Part shown: piece by piece, positions 30,731 to 44,026 of the stretch
How the letters are laid out: every line of letters begins with the position of its first letter
Position numbering within the stretch: the first letter of the stretch is position 1
DNA from: the human T2T-CHM13v2.0 reference genome, Homo sapiens
DNA length: 64,000 bases
Reading direction: 5' to 3' (one strand)
Assembly: GCF_009914755.1 (NCBI RefSeq)
Contig: NC_060928.1
The notes under the pieces: model-generated
The model's database searches: none
What the model was told of the DNA's origin: nothing
What the model saw: only the letters and a program-made list of their open reading frames with translations
Made by a program: the position numbers and the translations under genes

Positions 30731-31744
30731 ATGGGCATGCTTATTTATGAAAGTAAGATCTTCTGGATATAGTGTAGTGGGTCTGCATCAGTAGGGATTC
30801 ATTAGATAGGTAAATTGCTGTATACAAGAAATTACAGAAACATGGAGGATGGGGAGCCAGAAATCTAGGGAGCAGAGGAAGTGGAAGATGAAAGTAGAGG
30901 GCTCTAGCAATTAGGAGAGTGTCTGGAGCACAAATAAACTCAACAACCAGAGAAAATGATCTCGTGCCAGAGATGGCATGGGGCTATTTAAGAATTGGAA
31001 TGCCAGTGGTTCAGGTTTAAGGTGTATGCTAATGCAGCTGCCTGCCATATGATGAACTACCTGCTAATCTCCATCGAGTTACAGCAAACCTTCAGCCAAA
31101 TCCTGCCACACATACAGTCGCTGTTTCTGGAATACTCAGGATGGGGTGAGTGTGCTGCAATGAAGGCTGGTGGGGTAATGCAGTGCAGAGAAAAATGACG
31201 CATACTTGGTGCAAAGTGGAGACTGTAGTTTGAGAATTGATTAGAAACAAGAGCCAGAAGCCAGAGGTGACTCAGAGGTGACATATAAGATCTGAAACTG
31301 CCCTTAATTTCCTTTCTTGCTCTATATTCCCCAACCACTAGACAGATGTGAGGAATCCTGGATGTCTGTCTTTGTGCAATATGGGTTCAAGTGTTTTGGG
31401 GTCTTAATCTTAAGGTTTATAGTGATCTCAATTGACTAGTGGATTATTTAAGGGACATGTTACAGCATTAATCTTCACTGTGCAGTAGGTTTCCAAAATG
31501 TATGTCTCTGATATGTAGTTTTTGAGAGGGACGACCACATTACTTTCTGGGGCCTCACTGTGGACTCTCAGGGACACATGTTGTCTGTGTTGCTCTTTGG
31601 TGTCAGTGGAATGTCAGACACCTTGGTAGGTGTTCCTCACAATGCTACTTAATGAGCCAAGCTCAGATCAGACTCCTTAGGTTGGCCAAAATACTCTAGG
31701 TACAGGAAGTAAAATACTCTGGGTACAGACAAAAATCAATACCA

Positions 31745-31842
31745 GACTTCTGACCTCCAGAGCTGTAAGATCATAAATTTGTGTTGTCTTAAGCCACTAA
31801 ATTTGTGGTCATTTGTTACCACAGCAATAGAAAATTAATAGT
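31745..31842 (+). mobile_element. MLT1 LTR 3' end fragment
   Basis: gacttctgacctccagagctgtaag...ttaagccactaaatttgtggtcatttgttac..cagcaatagaaaa. Confidence 0.8.
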
Positions 31843-31957
31843 ACCTGGATGTGAAATACTAATAGAGTATTTTAATTAAATGAAGGATTTAAAGTAGAAG
31901 AAAATAAAACTATCCATAGCTTGTTTTTTGAGTTAAAGTAAAGACAAACAATGTACG

Positions 31958-34900
31958 TTTTCTTTGAAGTAATTTTTACTGGGAAAAAAAAACAATAAAA
32001 CATTTTTTTTCCAAAACAGTCAAAATAAAAGACCATTACACAAGATTGCACAATCATTTACAAATGCTGGCAATTAAAGGTAAGTAGCCTAGTCTCACAG
32101 AATCCTTGTCTAAATAGTTTACTCCATATTCAATGCACTGAAAATGTGATTCTCAGAGCTGTCGAGATTCAAAGTTTCCTTGGCTGGATTCAAAGTCCCC
32201 TTGGCCAAGCTCATTGCATTCTATAATTGAATCATATCAGACCTCAGGTAGGAACTTTTCCACCAAGATTCCTACGTTGAGAGCAGTTTAAAATTTCACA
32301 TTCTTCCCATTTACCACCAGCTTTTTTCATAGTCCGGGGTATAACATTATCCAATATCCTTCCCCATTAATCACACAATTTACTCTCCTTTTTTCCAACA
32401 TAACTTCTACAGTGTTCACATTCTTTTCAACCACTGCTGTCTTTAATATACAATAGTATGATTTATGTGTAAATACAGAAACACACGTCTTCAAAGTGGG
32501 GATAAAAAAAAGCATCACCTGCTATGGATACAGGTATGGTAGATTATTCAGGGAGCCCTGGAAAGGACTTTTTGCCATTAACACTAGCCATAAAAAGCAA
32601 TTATGAAACTTAAAAAAAGAAAAAGAAATCAAATCAGATGTGTGTGTTTTATTCTGCACCATTATGAATTAAACAGGAATAAATCTAATAATGTGTTCTA
32701 GTTGCAACACGAAATACTGAATGTTAATAGCTTACAAACGCTGCTCTGAACATTCAGTTCTCTTCTGAGACACAGGACACACAAAAGAATTCAATTTTCA
32801 GACTCTTCCCCTGGGCCTAGTACTCACACGTGCCACAGACGGACATGTTTTTTTCCCAGAGGACCCGAGTCTGCAATTCTGATTAGATTCAAGCTTAAGG
32901 CACCAATTAGCAAGTGCTACATGCTTTATTAATGATTTTATGCACCTGTGAGGTCTACTTAGGACCCAGAAGCTAGTTAAGAATATATAAGCAGTCTCTT
33001 GATAATATATATCTTATTTCTACATATATCTCCTTAGAAATTATGTGAAAGCCTAACATATTTTGTGAATTTGATTTTTATAAGCAGTTTTATCAAACAA
33101 ACTTACACAAAAAATTTCCCCCTCAACAGTACTGATAAAATACAGGGCACCTTTTTCTTTCAAGTATTTGGGTGAAATAGCATACCCTGAGAATTTGGGG
33201 TGCAAACCTACACCTTGTAAACTGTAGAATGAAACTCCTCAAGCACCACATAAGAAAATGTATACCATGATAGTTTTAAACACAAAGACTATTATTGAAT
33301 GTTGTTTTCCCATGCACATATACATACTTATCATGAGATTATAGTCAATCTACTTAGGAATCAATACTGTCCTGTCCTGCAGTCCAAAGTATTATTTCAG
33401 GTAACGTGAGCATTCAATTTGTAGCAAACACAGACTTTGATTTCTATGAAGTATGAAAACAATTAAAATCTATCTTTTTAAGAGGCAAGGATGATAATGT
33501 CAAATTTGAAAATAAGAAAAAGGAATTTATATCACCAGATATTTCCAGTGACATAAGGATGTATTAGAAATGCATGTCAATAGTTGAGATTTGTTATAAA
33601 GATATAAAGTGTGATTTGCTTTAGCTTATTTACTCCCTGATAAATGGACATATAGAGAGCCTCTCTGCTATGTCATTACCTACATATCTGGGCCTTCACT
33701 TAATCCTGAGGGCAACTTCATTGAGTACTTTTTAAAAACATACATTCTGGCGAATTAAATTTTTATACGGTTACACATGTGTTCAGTTTTCCAGAAATGA
33801 TTGAAATGGGACATATTTCAAATATGACCATTTTATCAACAAGTAAAAAGTGGATCTTCTGGAAAACTAAGCCACACATATAACCCTAAGAGGATATTAT
33901 AAAAGCCAGACTCTGCAATTCTGATTAGATTCAAGTTCAAGGCACTATTTAGGAAATGTTTTACTAATGGTTTTATAGTAATAAAAAATAAAAGGGAAGT
34001 TCAGTAACTAAAGGGACATTATTAGGGTAATAGTTTTATGGGTCAGAAGGCTTCATAGGCTCTTGTTTGATTCCCCTTGAGCTATAAAAGGAAGGGTATA
34101 TCACTTCATTCAAATATTCATGCAACCTCAAGAAATGACAAAACAATAAAAATCAAGATTGAGATTTACCTCATGCCCGTGAAAATATTTTTTCCCTATC
34201 ACTGGAGGTAGTGAATGGCCTAGCAGCTTTGTATGATTTGGTGAAATAGAGAACCATAAAATTATCGATAGATGACATGATATTAATAGAACATTATTTA
34301 AAAGTTGCGTTTTTAGCCACTTGGACATCACTGTGTCCTTGGCAACTTCCTAAAAGGTGAAGCCTCTTGTATAGAACAAACAAATGAAAAGCTTTTTCTT
34401 TCTTTCCTTAGTTTGTGTCCTAATTTACCTCAGTGTGAGAATTTAAAACTCAAATCTGCTGGTGAGAAACACTGATACATAGATTAGGGGTCCCAAGCCC
34501 TCAACTCTACCACATTTTCTAGAGAAGGAGTTGTCTCTCTTTTGGAAGAGTTGGTGAGCAGTCACTACTCAACATGGCCACTGGTTTTTCCTGAAAGTCG
34601 CATTTGGCTTTAAACCAGTCTTAACAATTTTGGTACTATCCACCCAAATCCTATATAGGTTTCACCAGGTGTATTCAAATACTGGAGGTTTCTTGGTGCT
34701 GCTTTCAGTAAAATAAGTGTAAGATTTCTGAAAGGGATTCTACTTTCTTGGGTCAATATTAAGTTACCTTATACCCAGCCAATCTCTCCTGAAAACGAGG
34801 AAGCTCTGATGCCATAAGATTTGTTCCCCAGTGGATAAAACTTACTTTAAGTTCTGGGGGGAATTGATTGATGTGCCTGGGTAAGAAGACCTCTATGATA

Positions 34901-36625
34901 AAGAAATATCTTTTTCTTGAATTTGGCACAAGGGCATCTTTTTTATACACAGAGACTATGTTTCATATTTCATGTCTCATAAAGTCTATAGCTTCATTTC
35001 ATAGCTCATCAGCACAACAAGCAATTGAATCGTGATCAGAGCTGACTATTCCCGCCTCAAACCTTTCCCTATACCCAAGAGAACTTTTTTTCAGAGTAAG
35101 ATCCCTTAAAGGAAGGCCCTGAAAGTGAAATTAAGTCTTTTTTAAGAGTCTGAGATGGGAAGCATAACTACAAAGTAAAAAGATTATATAAATCATACAA
35201 AACTCAGTCTCCTAGTTTTTTACTCACACTTTTTGTCATGAGTAGCATAAAATTCTGTGGCTTATGAAGAAAATTTAAGCAGAAATCAAATATTGCTGAG
35301 GTTTAAAATAATATTAGGGTGTTTAAAAAATTACCAGAATGCTTTATCTTTAAACAAATTGGTAAATAAAAGGAGATTCTTAAAAAAAAATCCTGGGAAA
35401 ACCTTCAAATTATTCCTTTAAAAAGTAATTAAGTAATATTTCAATGTAACATTTGCCAAGTATATATCGATACACTTATTATGACAAGCTAAATATTTAT
35501 CTGTTCAATCAAGTCTTCCAGTCTTCAAGACTCCCTGTGAACACTCACTCAAATAGCCTTCAGAATTGGGTTACAACTGAGACAGTACTAAATGTCAATA
35601 AAAGATTCTGTGATTTGGATTCTTGACATCTCTTCAAACCTGCCTCATCCTCATAAGGAGCAAGTGCTGTAACTCTAGGTTACTGTTATTGGGATAGCGA
35701 GGCTAGGGCTGGAGTGAATCAGAGCCACTGAATTAGTGCCATATTCTACTCTACTGCCCCAAATGGGTCACTCTTTAGACTCTAAACAATCCATGAGAGA
35801 CACGAGTATGCAACTATGGAGGGAATTATTGAAGAAAAGAAAAATGTTATGCACCCACAAAAATAATTGGATTCTTAAAGGAAAATAGATATTTTATACC
35901 TTTCTGAGACTAAGTACTTAATTTTAGATGCAATCATTGGCTTTCCAGTATTTCAAGCCATTCTATTTTAAGGCAACAAATAGTGTCGTGGCATTGTACA
36001 AATGGGAAAAATAAAATAAAGCACAAACATTACAACCACCATTTTTCACAATCACATTTGAAATCATGCCAAACCTAATAAAAGAACATATAGAGCATAA
36101 CCAAGAGAATGGGTAGGTTTGGCTGATATATGATTCAAAGAGCAGACCATCATAGTGAAAACTTAAATACGTATTACAACTCAGCCAGCTAGTCTTGATA
36201 TATTCCAAGAAACTATAAGGAGATTCGTGATCCAAATTACTCATTTACTAGCTTGGTTTACAACAGAATCAATCCCATTCTGTGGTATGTTTTGACTGAA
36301 CAATGGGAACAAAGGAATTGTTTGTCTAGTCACAAGTACAGGGGGGAAGGAGGTGAATAGAAAGCTTATATCCTGTGTTGAAGTATAAAAAGAAATAGTC
36401 ATAAAGGGAAAAAATGCAACCATTCAATCAACTTAATAAAATTAAAATAAAAACTGCCTTAAGAGGATTGTTCAGAAAAATATAGAAACTTACACACTTA
36501 GCTTATAAGAAGCAAAAATTAAGAATAACACATGTGGAAGAAGTTTTTCAGATGAAATAATTCTTAGTGCTATTACAATGCAAATTCCAGATTAAAGAAG
36601 AATAGTCCATCTTTTTGTCTTGCTC
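31958..36625 (-). other. C4orf54: C4orf54 terminal non-coding exon (long 3' UTR), inferred
   Basis: Strong minus-strand acceptor TTTTTTCTTAATTTTTTTATTTTATAG|G at 36625; repeat-poor AU-rich sequence; AGTAAA (31975-31980) followed by GU-rich TGTTTGTCTTT. 3' end approximate. Confidence 0.65.
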
Positions 36626-38599
36626 CTATAAAATAAAAAAATTAAGAAAAAACATAGTCAAGGAAAAGATTTTTAGTTCTAAAAGCAAATTTCACTTTTA
36701 CAAACAAGAAAAATATTAAAATACATTTTATTTAACTGTTTGACTAATTTCAATGTTAATAATGAAGTTAACATTTTAACATGTGCTTGGCAAATGTGTT
36801 TATGAACTTACTAAACATTATGCCAACTTCAGGAAATTGCCCCAAGTGGAATTTGAATCAAATCTAATCAACTCTTCAAAAATGACTTTAAAGTTAAATG
36901 TTCCGTTTCATTGAAATCATTCATAGCAAAGATAAAATATTATAATAGATATGTTTCTAATATTAGCATGCAGAAATATTTAAGCTAAATGGAAATATTT
37001 GAAATTTAGTTATCAATCTTATTAAATGAGTAAACTCCATGCTGAGAATTCTTGTAAAGCAAATGACCAGTACTTAAATTATGTGGAAATTCACATAGTA
37101 CATTTTGTTCAAAATAAGATGTACTGGTTAGAACCTATCTTAGTTAAATCCATTCTAGAACAGCATTGACATGTTCAAAAGCTTGCTGAAGGTTAGCCTT
37201 CTCTCTCTATCTCCATATAAGTTCTAGTATATCTACCAGAACTTTGCCTAAGTAAGTTTTTTTTAACATTTGGGAGTTGATATTTGAACATAATATTATG
37301 AAAACAGAAATAGAGTGGCCTACAGGTAATATTTGTTAGGGATTAAGAAGGCTCATGTGAAAAATAACCTCCAAGAAGTATCAAATAACAGCTATCTAGC
37401 CAATTATATGCACTCAGAGTAGCAAGGCAAGGGACATTTTAATTCTGTCATCTAGAAACAAACCTGTTTAAATATGTGTTTTAAAAAAGAAGTCTATAAG
37501 AATAATTTTTAAGCTTATATGTATACACTCCATGTTTATTTTATTGTGTTGTACTTTATATTGAGGAATGACCTGCAAGATGAAAGGGACCATTGTGAAT
37601 TTGGAGACCTCTCATTTGCTAAATGTAAGTTTTTCTACCTTAGGACATAAAAAGCAGCAATACGAAAAGAAAATTTAATTACAAGAGGGAGAAAAGAAAA
37701 TGTGGGACTGAGAAGAATAATTTCAATGTGGATACAAGGATTTGATAACAACTCTGACTGAGTCCTATCACTAGGCAAGATTTGCAAAGACTCCTTGAGC
37801 AGTGAGAAGACATTAAGGGGAAACAGAGAGAAAAGAAAGAAACAATCGAGAGAGATTGCACTATAGGACGGTAATAGTCTGAGAAATGAAGGAGAAATCT
37901 GGTTATACAATCTGCTAGGATCATATTTAGGGATTGATAGTGTAGATATTGCCTTTTTGGATAGTCACAGAATATCGCTTCTGCTTACATTAATTTCAGA
38001 GGAATTTGGTTTGAAATTGAAAAGTAGTAAAGTTGCTCCCAATTCCTATTAAAGAAAAAGTAATAAAAATCGCCAATATAGCTAACCTGTTAGAGGCCTC
38101 ACAAATATTTACTGCAGTAGAATGGATCACGAAGAAGTCAGTAAAGATGAAGGGATGACTACCCTGTGTCACCAGGGAGTTTAACTGGATGACTTCCCAC
38201 GGTTTTAGGACCAGAACACATGACAGAGTTCAACAGGGATGCTGGGTCAGATTTTCCCTTTCTCCACGCCGGCCTGTGCCCAGACAGAGGGGAAAATCAC
38301 CGCACACAGCTGGCAAGCTATGCTCAGAGTTGTATAACATTCTGGAAGGCCTTGGGGGATACTAGAGTACCCTGACACACAGCCAACTGGCCTGCCCTGA
38401 GAGATCAGCCAGCTAGCTCAAAGAGGACTGCAGAGCTGTGGGCACTGCCTCCGGTTTGGGGAAATACAGAGCAATCCTGGGCACAGGTCCATGATGCTTA
38501 CCCTGGGAGTCTGCATTGATAAGGGCTGATTTTCTGCTCTGGTGAGGGGCCCTGAGAAGATAAGGGGATTCTGAGGCATTTATGAGGATCTAGTTTCAA

Positions 38600-38845
38600 G
38601 GGAGCTTGAACACCTACTACGAGCAATGTACTATGTGCTATGTCTTCTGTCATGGTTTTATAATTCAGTCTTCACTACTCTCCTGAAATGTACCCCATTT
38701 TACAGATGAGGAAAATGAGGCTCAGTGACAACAAGTCACTTGCCTGGACTACACTGTGACTAGTAAGTAAGACTAGTTACTTAGACTAGTAAGTAACAGT
38801 ATTAGAATCTGAGTTGGGGTTGCCTGACTTCAAGGCACACGTACT
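38600..38845 (-). mobile_element. MIR (antisense)
   Basis: ccccattttacagatgaggaaaatgaggctcag...cacttgcct...tgcctgacttcaa. Confidence 0.8.
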
Positions 38846-39167
38846 TGTGATTTAGTAAAAGCCACACAGCTTCCCTTCAACTAAAATGCTTTAATCCACT
38901 GGCATCCAAGAAGATTTCACCCTTACCTTTACAGCCCACATTCTTCTGCTTTACATAAACAAAAATTCTCCTACCTCTGGGAGCCACAGCTCCTAGGAGT
39001 CCTTAAGCTGTCTCAGGTTTCTTTTTGGGGCATATAATGTTCTAAGGACAGCTAGTTTTTTAATCAAATGAAAAACACACATAGAGTTTTAGTATATGCT
39101 TAACACTGACAGATTCAGGGTCAGTTTCTTACCTTATTCCCTTTCCCTGCCCTTTCCCCCAAGCCAC

Positions 39168-39225
<58 letters not shown>
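39168..39225 (+). repeat. Long (CA)n microsatellite
   Basis: About 28 perfect CA units seen directly. Confidence 0.98.
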
Positions 39226-39228
<3 letters not shown>

Positions 39229-40452
39229 CCTCCGCGGCAGTAAAACGGCCAGAAGATTCTATTTCCTCTGAATGAAACAGAAATTTGGAAAATTAGCAGC
39301 AGGGCAGCCAGTCAATTCCAACTGTGTTCTTTTCCACCATCCACAAGGACTTTAATGTTTCATATAATTAACCCTTTAACGTACTGATGTGGCCGAGAGG
39401 AAAAATGCAATGGCTGAAAAATTTTGGAGAAGTTAGGTAGTGGGAAAGTCCTGACACAAAGAACAAATAAGAGAAGAGGGACAATTTACAACAAAGAACT
39501 GAGACCAGCGAGCAGAGAATAAGACAAATAAATGAGCAAGGGGGTAATCTATAAGAGCACGGGCCACGGAGCTCCAAGTGCCTGGATTTCAATAGGTGTT
39601 GATCTGGGATAAGTTAATGTTTAATTTGTCAAACAGAGATTAAAAATAGTACCTATCTGTGTTAATTCAATGATGTTAAGTCTTGGTATATACTAAATGA
39701 TTAATACATACTAGCTTTTACTTTTAATTTCTTATTAATTTTAGATAAGTTAAAAAAGAAAATGTAAAGGTAATGGAATCGTGAAGAAAGGTACAAAATA
39801 GTAAGCTAGAGGAAAGCCACAATGCAATTAAAGGGAAAGGGAGAAAAGAAAAGGCAAAAACAAACAAATACATTAAGAAGATAAAATAAAACAGAAGCTA
39901 TTTACAATAATTGGGAGAGGAAGTCACTACCAAGTTAGTGGGGAAAATAGAAATAAACTATTCAATTCATGAAGGTAACTATGGAATGAAGTGAAAATAA
40001 AACGTCTAGGTTATAGCCTGCAGATTAGCTACCTGGCCTGCATGCACCGGAGCAGCAAATTTCCTGTCCTTCAGATGACTTGCGTGGGCTCCAAGTACAA
40101 CGCTTCAAGAACATTCAGGTGAGGGAGCTGGAGGACTCACCCAGTCCTACCCTTTAAGCTGTCTAATCTATGATAATAATAAAAAAAAAAACTACAAAAA
40201 AAGTGAGGAGAAGGGAAGAAGCAAGGTGGTGGAATGTTGAACTAAATCAAGTTGAAGTGAATGGAAAATGAGAAACCGCAATAAGGAACAAGTTGCAAAA
40301 AAAAAAAAAAAAGCAAAGGACAGAAAATAAATTCTCAAGCAAATGGCAATGGAAAAAAGAGAGACTAGTGGGACAGACACCAGGAAGTAACTCCATCAAA
40401 GAAAAGTGGCCTTAGGGAGAAAAGGAAAAGGAGAAATGGACAAGAAGAAGAA

Positions 40453-40518
40453 GGCGCCTGTGTACCACTGAACTCCAGCCTGGGCGATGTAGTGACCCCA
40501 TCTCTAAAAAAGAAAAAG
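40453..40518 (+). mobile_element. Short Alu 3' remnant
   Basis: ggcgcctgt joined to ccactgaactccagcctgggcg...catctct plus A-rich tail. Confidence 0.7.
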
Positions 40519-40844
40519 ACTCTGGCATGGAATATTTAGGTTTTGAGTCCCAGTTCTGTGACTAAGGAAGGGTCACTTAACCTCTCTGAGTGCCAATTTC
40601 CTCTTGGAATTTCAATACAAAGAGACTGGGTTTGATGATCTAAGGACCCAGTCTAGGGACTCATTAGAATAATAAAACAGCTCTCCCTGAATCCAGCCCT
40701 TGCTCTTGCTACTTTAGTTGCTGATGCATGGGGCCCTATACAGGGGGTAGAAATAACTCTGAGGGACTAAATAGAAAAGAAAGACCAACAATGCAGGAGC
40801 AACATGAAACACAGGGAGAAATGAAGAAACAAAGGCTTACAGTA

Positions 40845-40866
40845 AAAAAAAAAAAAAAAAAAAAAA
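40845..40866 (+). repeat. Poly-A tract
   Basis: About 22 consecutive A. Confidence 0.95.
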
Positions 40867-41506
40867 GAACATACAAATGAAACAAAATAATTGCAATTCT
40901 CTTAGGCTGATATCCACTACTTGTGCCAATGAAAGTTTTCTTTTGTTAATATTACATATTTATTTTATCTTTATGCCCTTGTAAATGGTATTTAGCATCA
41001 AGTCCCAATTAAAATCTTAAAACAAAAATACAGCATCTAAGTGGATGGGCAGGAGAGCATGTCAGGAAGGGAAAAACATAGCCATGTTCCTCAAATAACA
41101 GAAATCTAAAAAAAAATTCTCACTAAAAAGTTGTCAAAGATCATGTGAAGAGGGAACATTAAAAACCAAAATAGGCAGACAAAAAGGCCTAACAACAACA
41201 AAAAAGAAAGTGGTGAAGTTTTGCAACTGCTGTGCCTAGTACACTGGTGTGTTGCAATTGGATTACTGCTGTAGCCATCTGGGCAGTTGGGTCCCAGGTG
41301 GTACACAGCCTTGTGCCTTAATCACAATGTGAGATGAGAGTACTGAATAATAATAAAGTGAATAATATTATCTTTTTAGATGGGTTGTGGCATGGCAAAA
41401 TCTGAGAATAACTGGGATATTGACCACAGGATGAAGAGAAGTGAGAAAACCCCACCTATAATTTTTTTTTTAATAAAGGAACATTTATAAGAGAATAATC
41501 AGAAAA

Positions 41507-41622
41507 AGATAACAGCAGCTGTTTATGTCCAAATATATACGGGAAGGAACAAAAGTGAAGCTCCCTATTGCAATGTAGTGCTAAAAATAGATGATGAAAT
41601 ACTTATTATTTGAACTGGAATG
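41507..41622. promoter_or_regulatory. Candidate intronic striated-muscle enhancer
   Basis: AGATAA, CAGCTG, CTAAAAATAG (MEF2) and TGGAATG (MCAT/TEAD) within 116 bp. Confidence 0.5.
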
Positions 41623-43986
41623 AATCTTAAAGGTTATGACAGTTCTTGAACACTTGTTTTGCAGTTTTGTGTGTACAAGTCTACACTCCTGCTGGAGTGT
41701 AGGCCCCTAATTTGTGTTATCCGTATGTGGGTTTACGGCCCCAACAGGGAGTACACAGTGGCTCGTAGAATGTAGGCATGTAATTCATGCTTGTTGAATT
41801 AGTGCATTTTGTTGAAACATTCATTTTACAAATGTCCAGAGAGGCAAATGGAAACACAGATGGTTAATGGCCAAATGCCACCACAGAGCAGATCCCAGGT
41901 GTCCTTGCTGCCAGTTCAGAGCTCATTACCACCTCCTTTACTGTCCCTTTTTTGCTCCATGCCTCACACCAAGGAACACAGAGTGGTCTGCAGGGAGCAA
42001 GGTGTGGCCCAGGAGTTAAGAGCTGGTTCTAAAGGTCCTGGTTCTCTCATTCTCTGGGGACCTCAGTAAAACCATTTCTTTCTAAGTCCCAGTTTTCTTC
42101 TCTGTGAAATACTGTGGTCAGATAAAATCATTTACACAAATTCTCATTTGAAAAGAGGACATAAACCTACCCTACCTCAAAACAAATATCTGCAATAAGT
42201 CTGGTTTTTAAGGGAAATTTTGACCTGAAATCCCTTTCAAGATTTCTCATACTGACCATCTTGAAATATCTGAATGGTAGTTACAACTTTTTTACACAAG
42301 GAAAAGAATTACACACTTAAAAAAAATCCATCTGGCTTTTCTTTGGAAGGTGGTATTGAATGTTCACAAAGGTGAGTTTTGAAAAATTTTTAATTCATTA
42401 TTTCAATTTGGCTAAGTCAACTTTTACCTGCATACAAAAAGCTAATCTTTAGCTGCCAGCCAGATTTGGCCTTTCTGTCTATCTTTAGGGCTTTATTTAC
42501 TAAAATGAAGGTCGTGCTTTCAAAAAGGAAAAATTTGCAAATATCACTATTCAAGTCCCAAACACTAAAAACTCTAATGTATATCTGTGTCTACTGGAAA
42601 AAACTCCAAGTCTAATCTCTCTAGACTCAACAGACAGGGGAAAGGCCAAAGGCAGCTGCTTAAGAGGATACTGTGCAAGTGTGTGCCCGATCCTCCCTTC
42701 TCTCTTCCCTGTCCTCCCTTCCCCTTGCTTCTGCACCTCCACAGCTTGCACAAAGGCCTCATAGCATTAGTTGGTCCAAAATAGCCCTAGGTAAACACAC
42801 CACCTGTCTAAGCGATTAAAACACTTTTGCCTATAGGCTACTCTTTTCCTTCTGCGAAACTAATTCTCTAATTCTGAGTCTCCTACCCATGCATATTGAA
42901 TTTTTTTTTAATTTTCTACACTAAACAAAAGATGACTTATTTGTCTTTAATTTTCTCCCTCCCCTCTTCATCTGTTATCATCACACAGTGTCTGTTGCAG
43001 ACTATCCCAGAAGAAGAATTTAAATAATGTATTTCTAGATTGCAGCTAAAATGAGGCTGTGCTTTCAAGTGAATTCTTAGAGAAAGATTTAAGGGTTTTT
43101 TAAAGTGTCTAATATTGTCTTACAGTCCAATAAGTGTAATAATATTCAGTAACAATCTCTTAATTTGAACAAAATTTTTAGCTTGCAATACATTGTTATA
43201 TCATCTGATATTTAGATACATGTTTAGGGTTAGATATTATTTATTGTCCCTACTAGAGGTGACACATGAATGCTAAAAAGTTTGTCATGCCCAACATCAC
43301 ACAGCTGGTGAGAAGCTGTGTGACTCCAAAATCCAGTGATGCTAACTCCCGAATGAAGGCTCTTTCATTGCACAAAGCAACAATATTCCTGTTCCTTTTC
43401 AGTTATAACAGAGAAGAGAGAAATAACATATTTTTTATTATAGAAGCATAAATAGGATTTCTCTTCTTTCCATCTCTTTTTTTTTCTTTTTTTTTTTTGG
43501 TTCAGAATATGATCTTACCAAAGACTGAAAGTCCTAGAAGCTTTTATAATATCACCTTTTCCCAATCTGAAGAGAACAGGAGTGTAAGGGGCAAGTTTGT
43601 CCCCACACAGTTCTGACACCTTTACGCTCCTATCTGAAGGTGTCTTTGCCCTGTCATGTGTTTGACCTGAAGTGTCCCGGTTTGAACAAGTAAAGCTCAC
43701 TCTTCCTATCAAGTTCCATGTACTGTATTTCCAGGGATTCCTGTTTGGACATTTGGATTAACTTAGTTGTCAGGAATCTATTTACCCTGATTTCCTTTAC
43801 CTAGGGGTAGGTGTGGAAGTTGATTCTTTTCTGAAGAAAGAATGCAGACATGAAAATAACAGTCTTGTGGGGATTAGCAGCAAAGCATAATGTGTTCAGT
43901 CTGGACAGGACTGGATTAAACACAGCAACTCCATTCAAGCAAGGAGTAACTGCAGCTCCAGAATCCTCCCTCCCCCATAGAGAACA

Positions 43987-43987
<1 letters not shown>

Positions 43988-44022
<35 letters not shown>
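43988..44022 (+). repeat. (GT)n microsatellite
   Basis: About 17 GT units seen directly. Confidence 0.98.

Positions 44023-44026
<4 letters not shown>

Noticed and set aside
39300-40450. Strongly purine-skewed tracts (also 5040-5270 and 51570-51660)
   Set aside because: Low-complexity A/G-rich DNA without periodicity; the hydrophobic minus-strand ORFs they produce are compositional artefacts.
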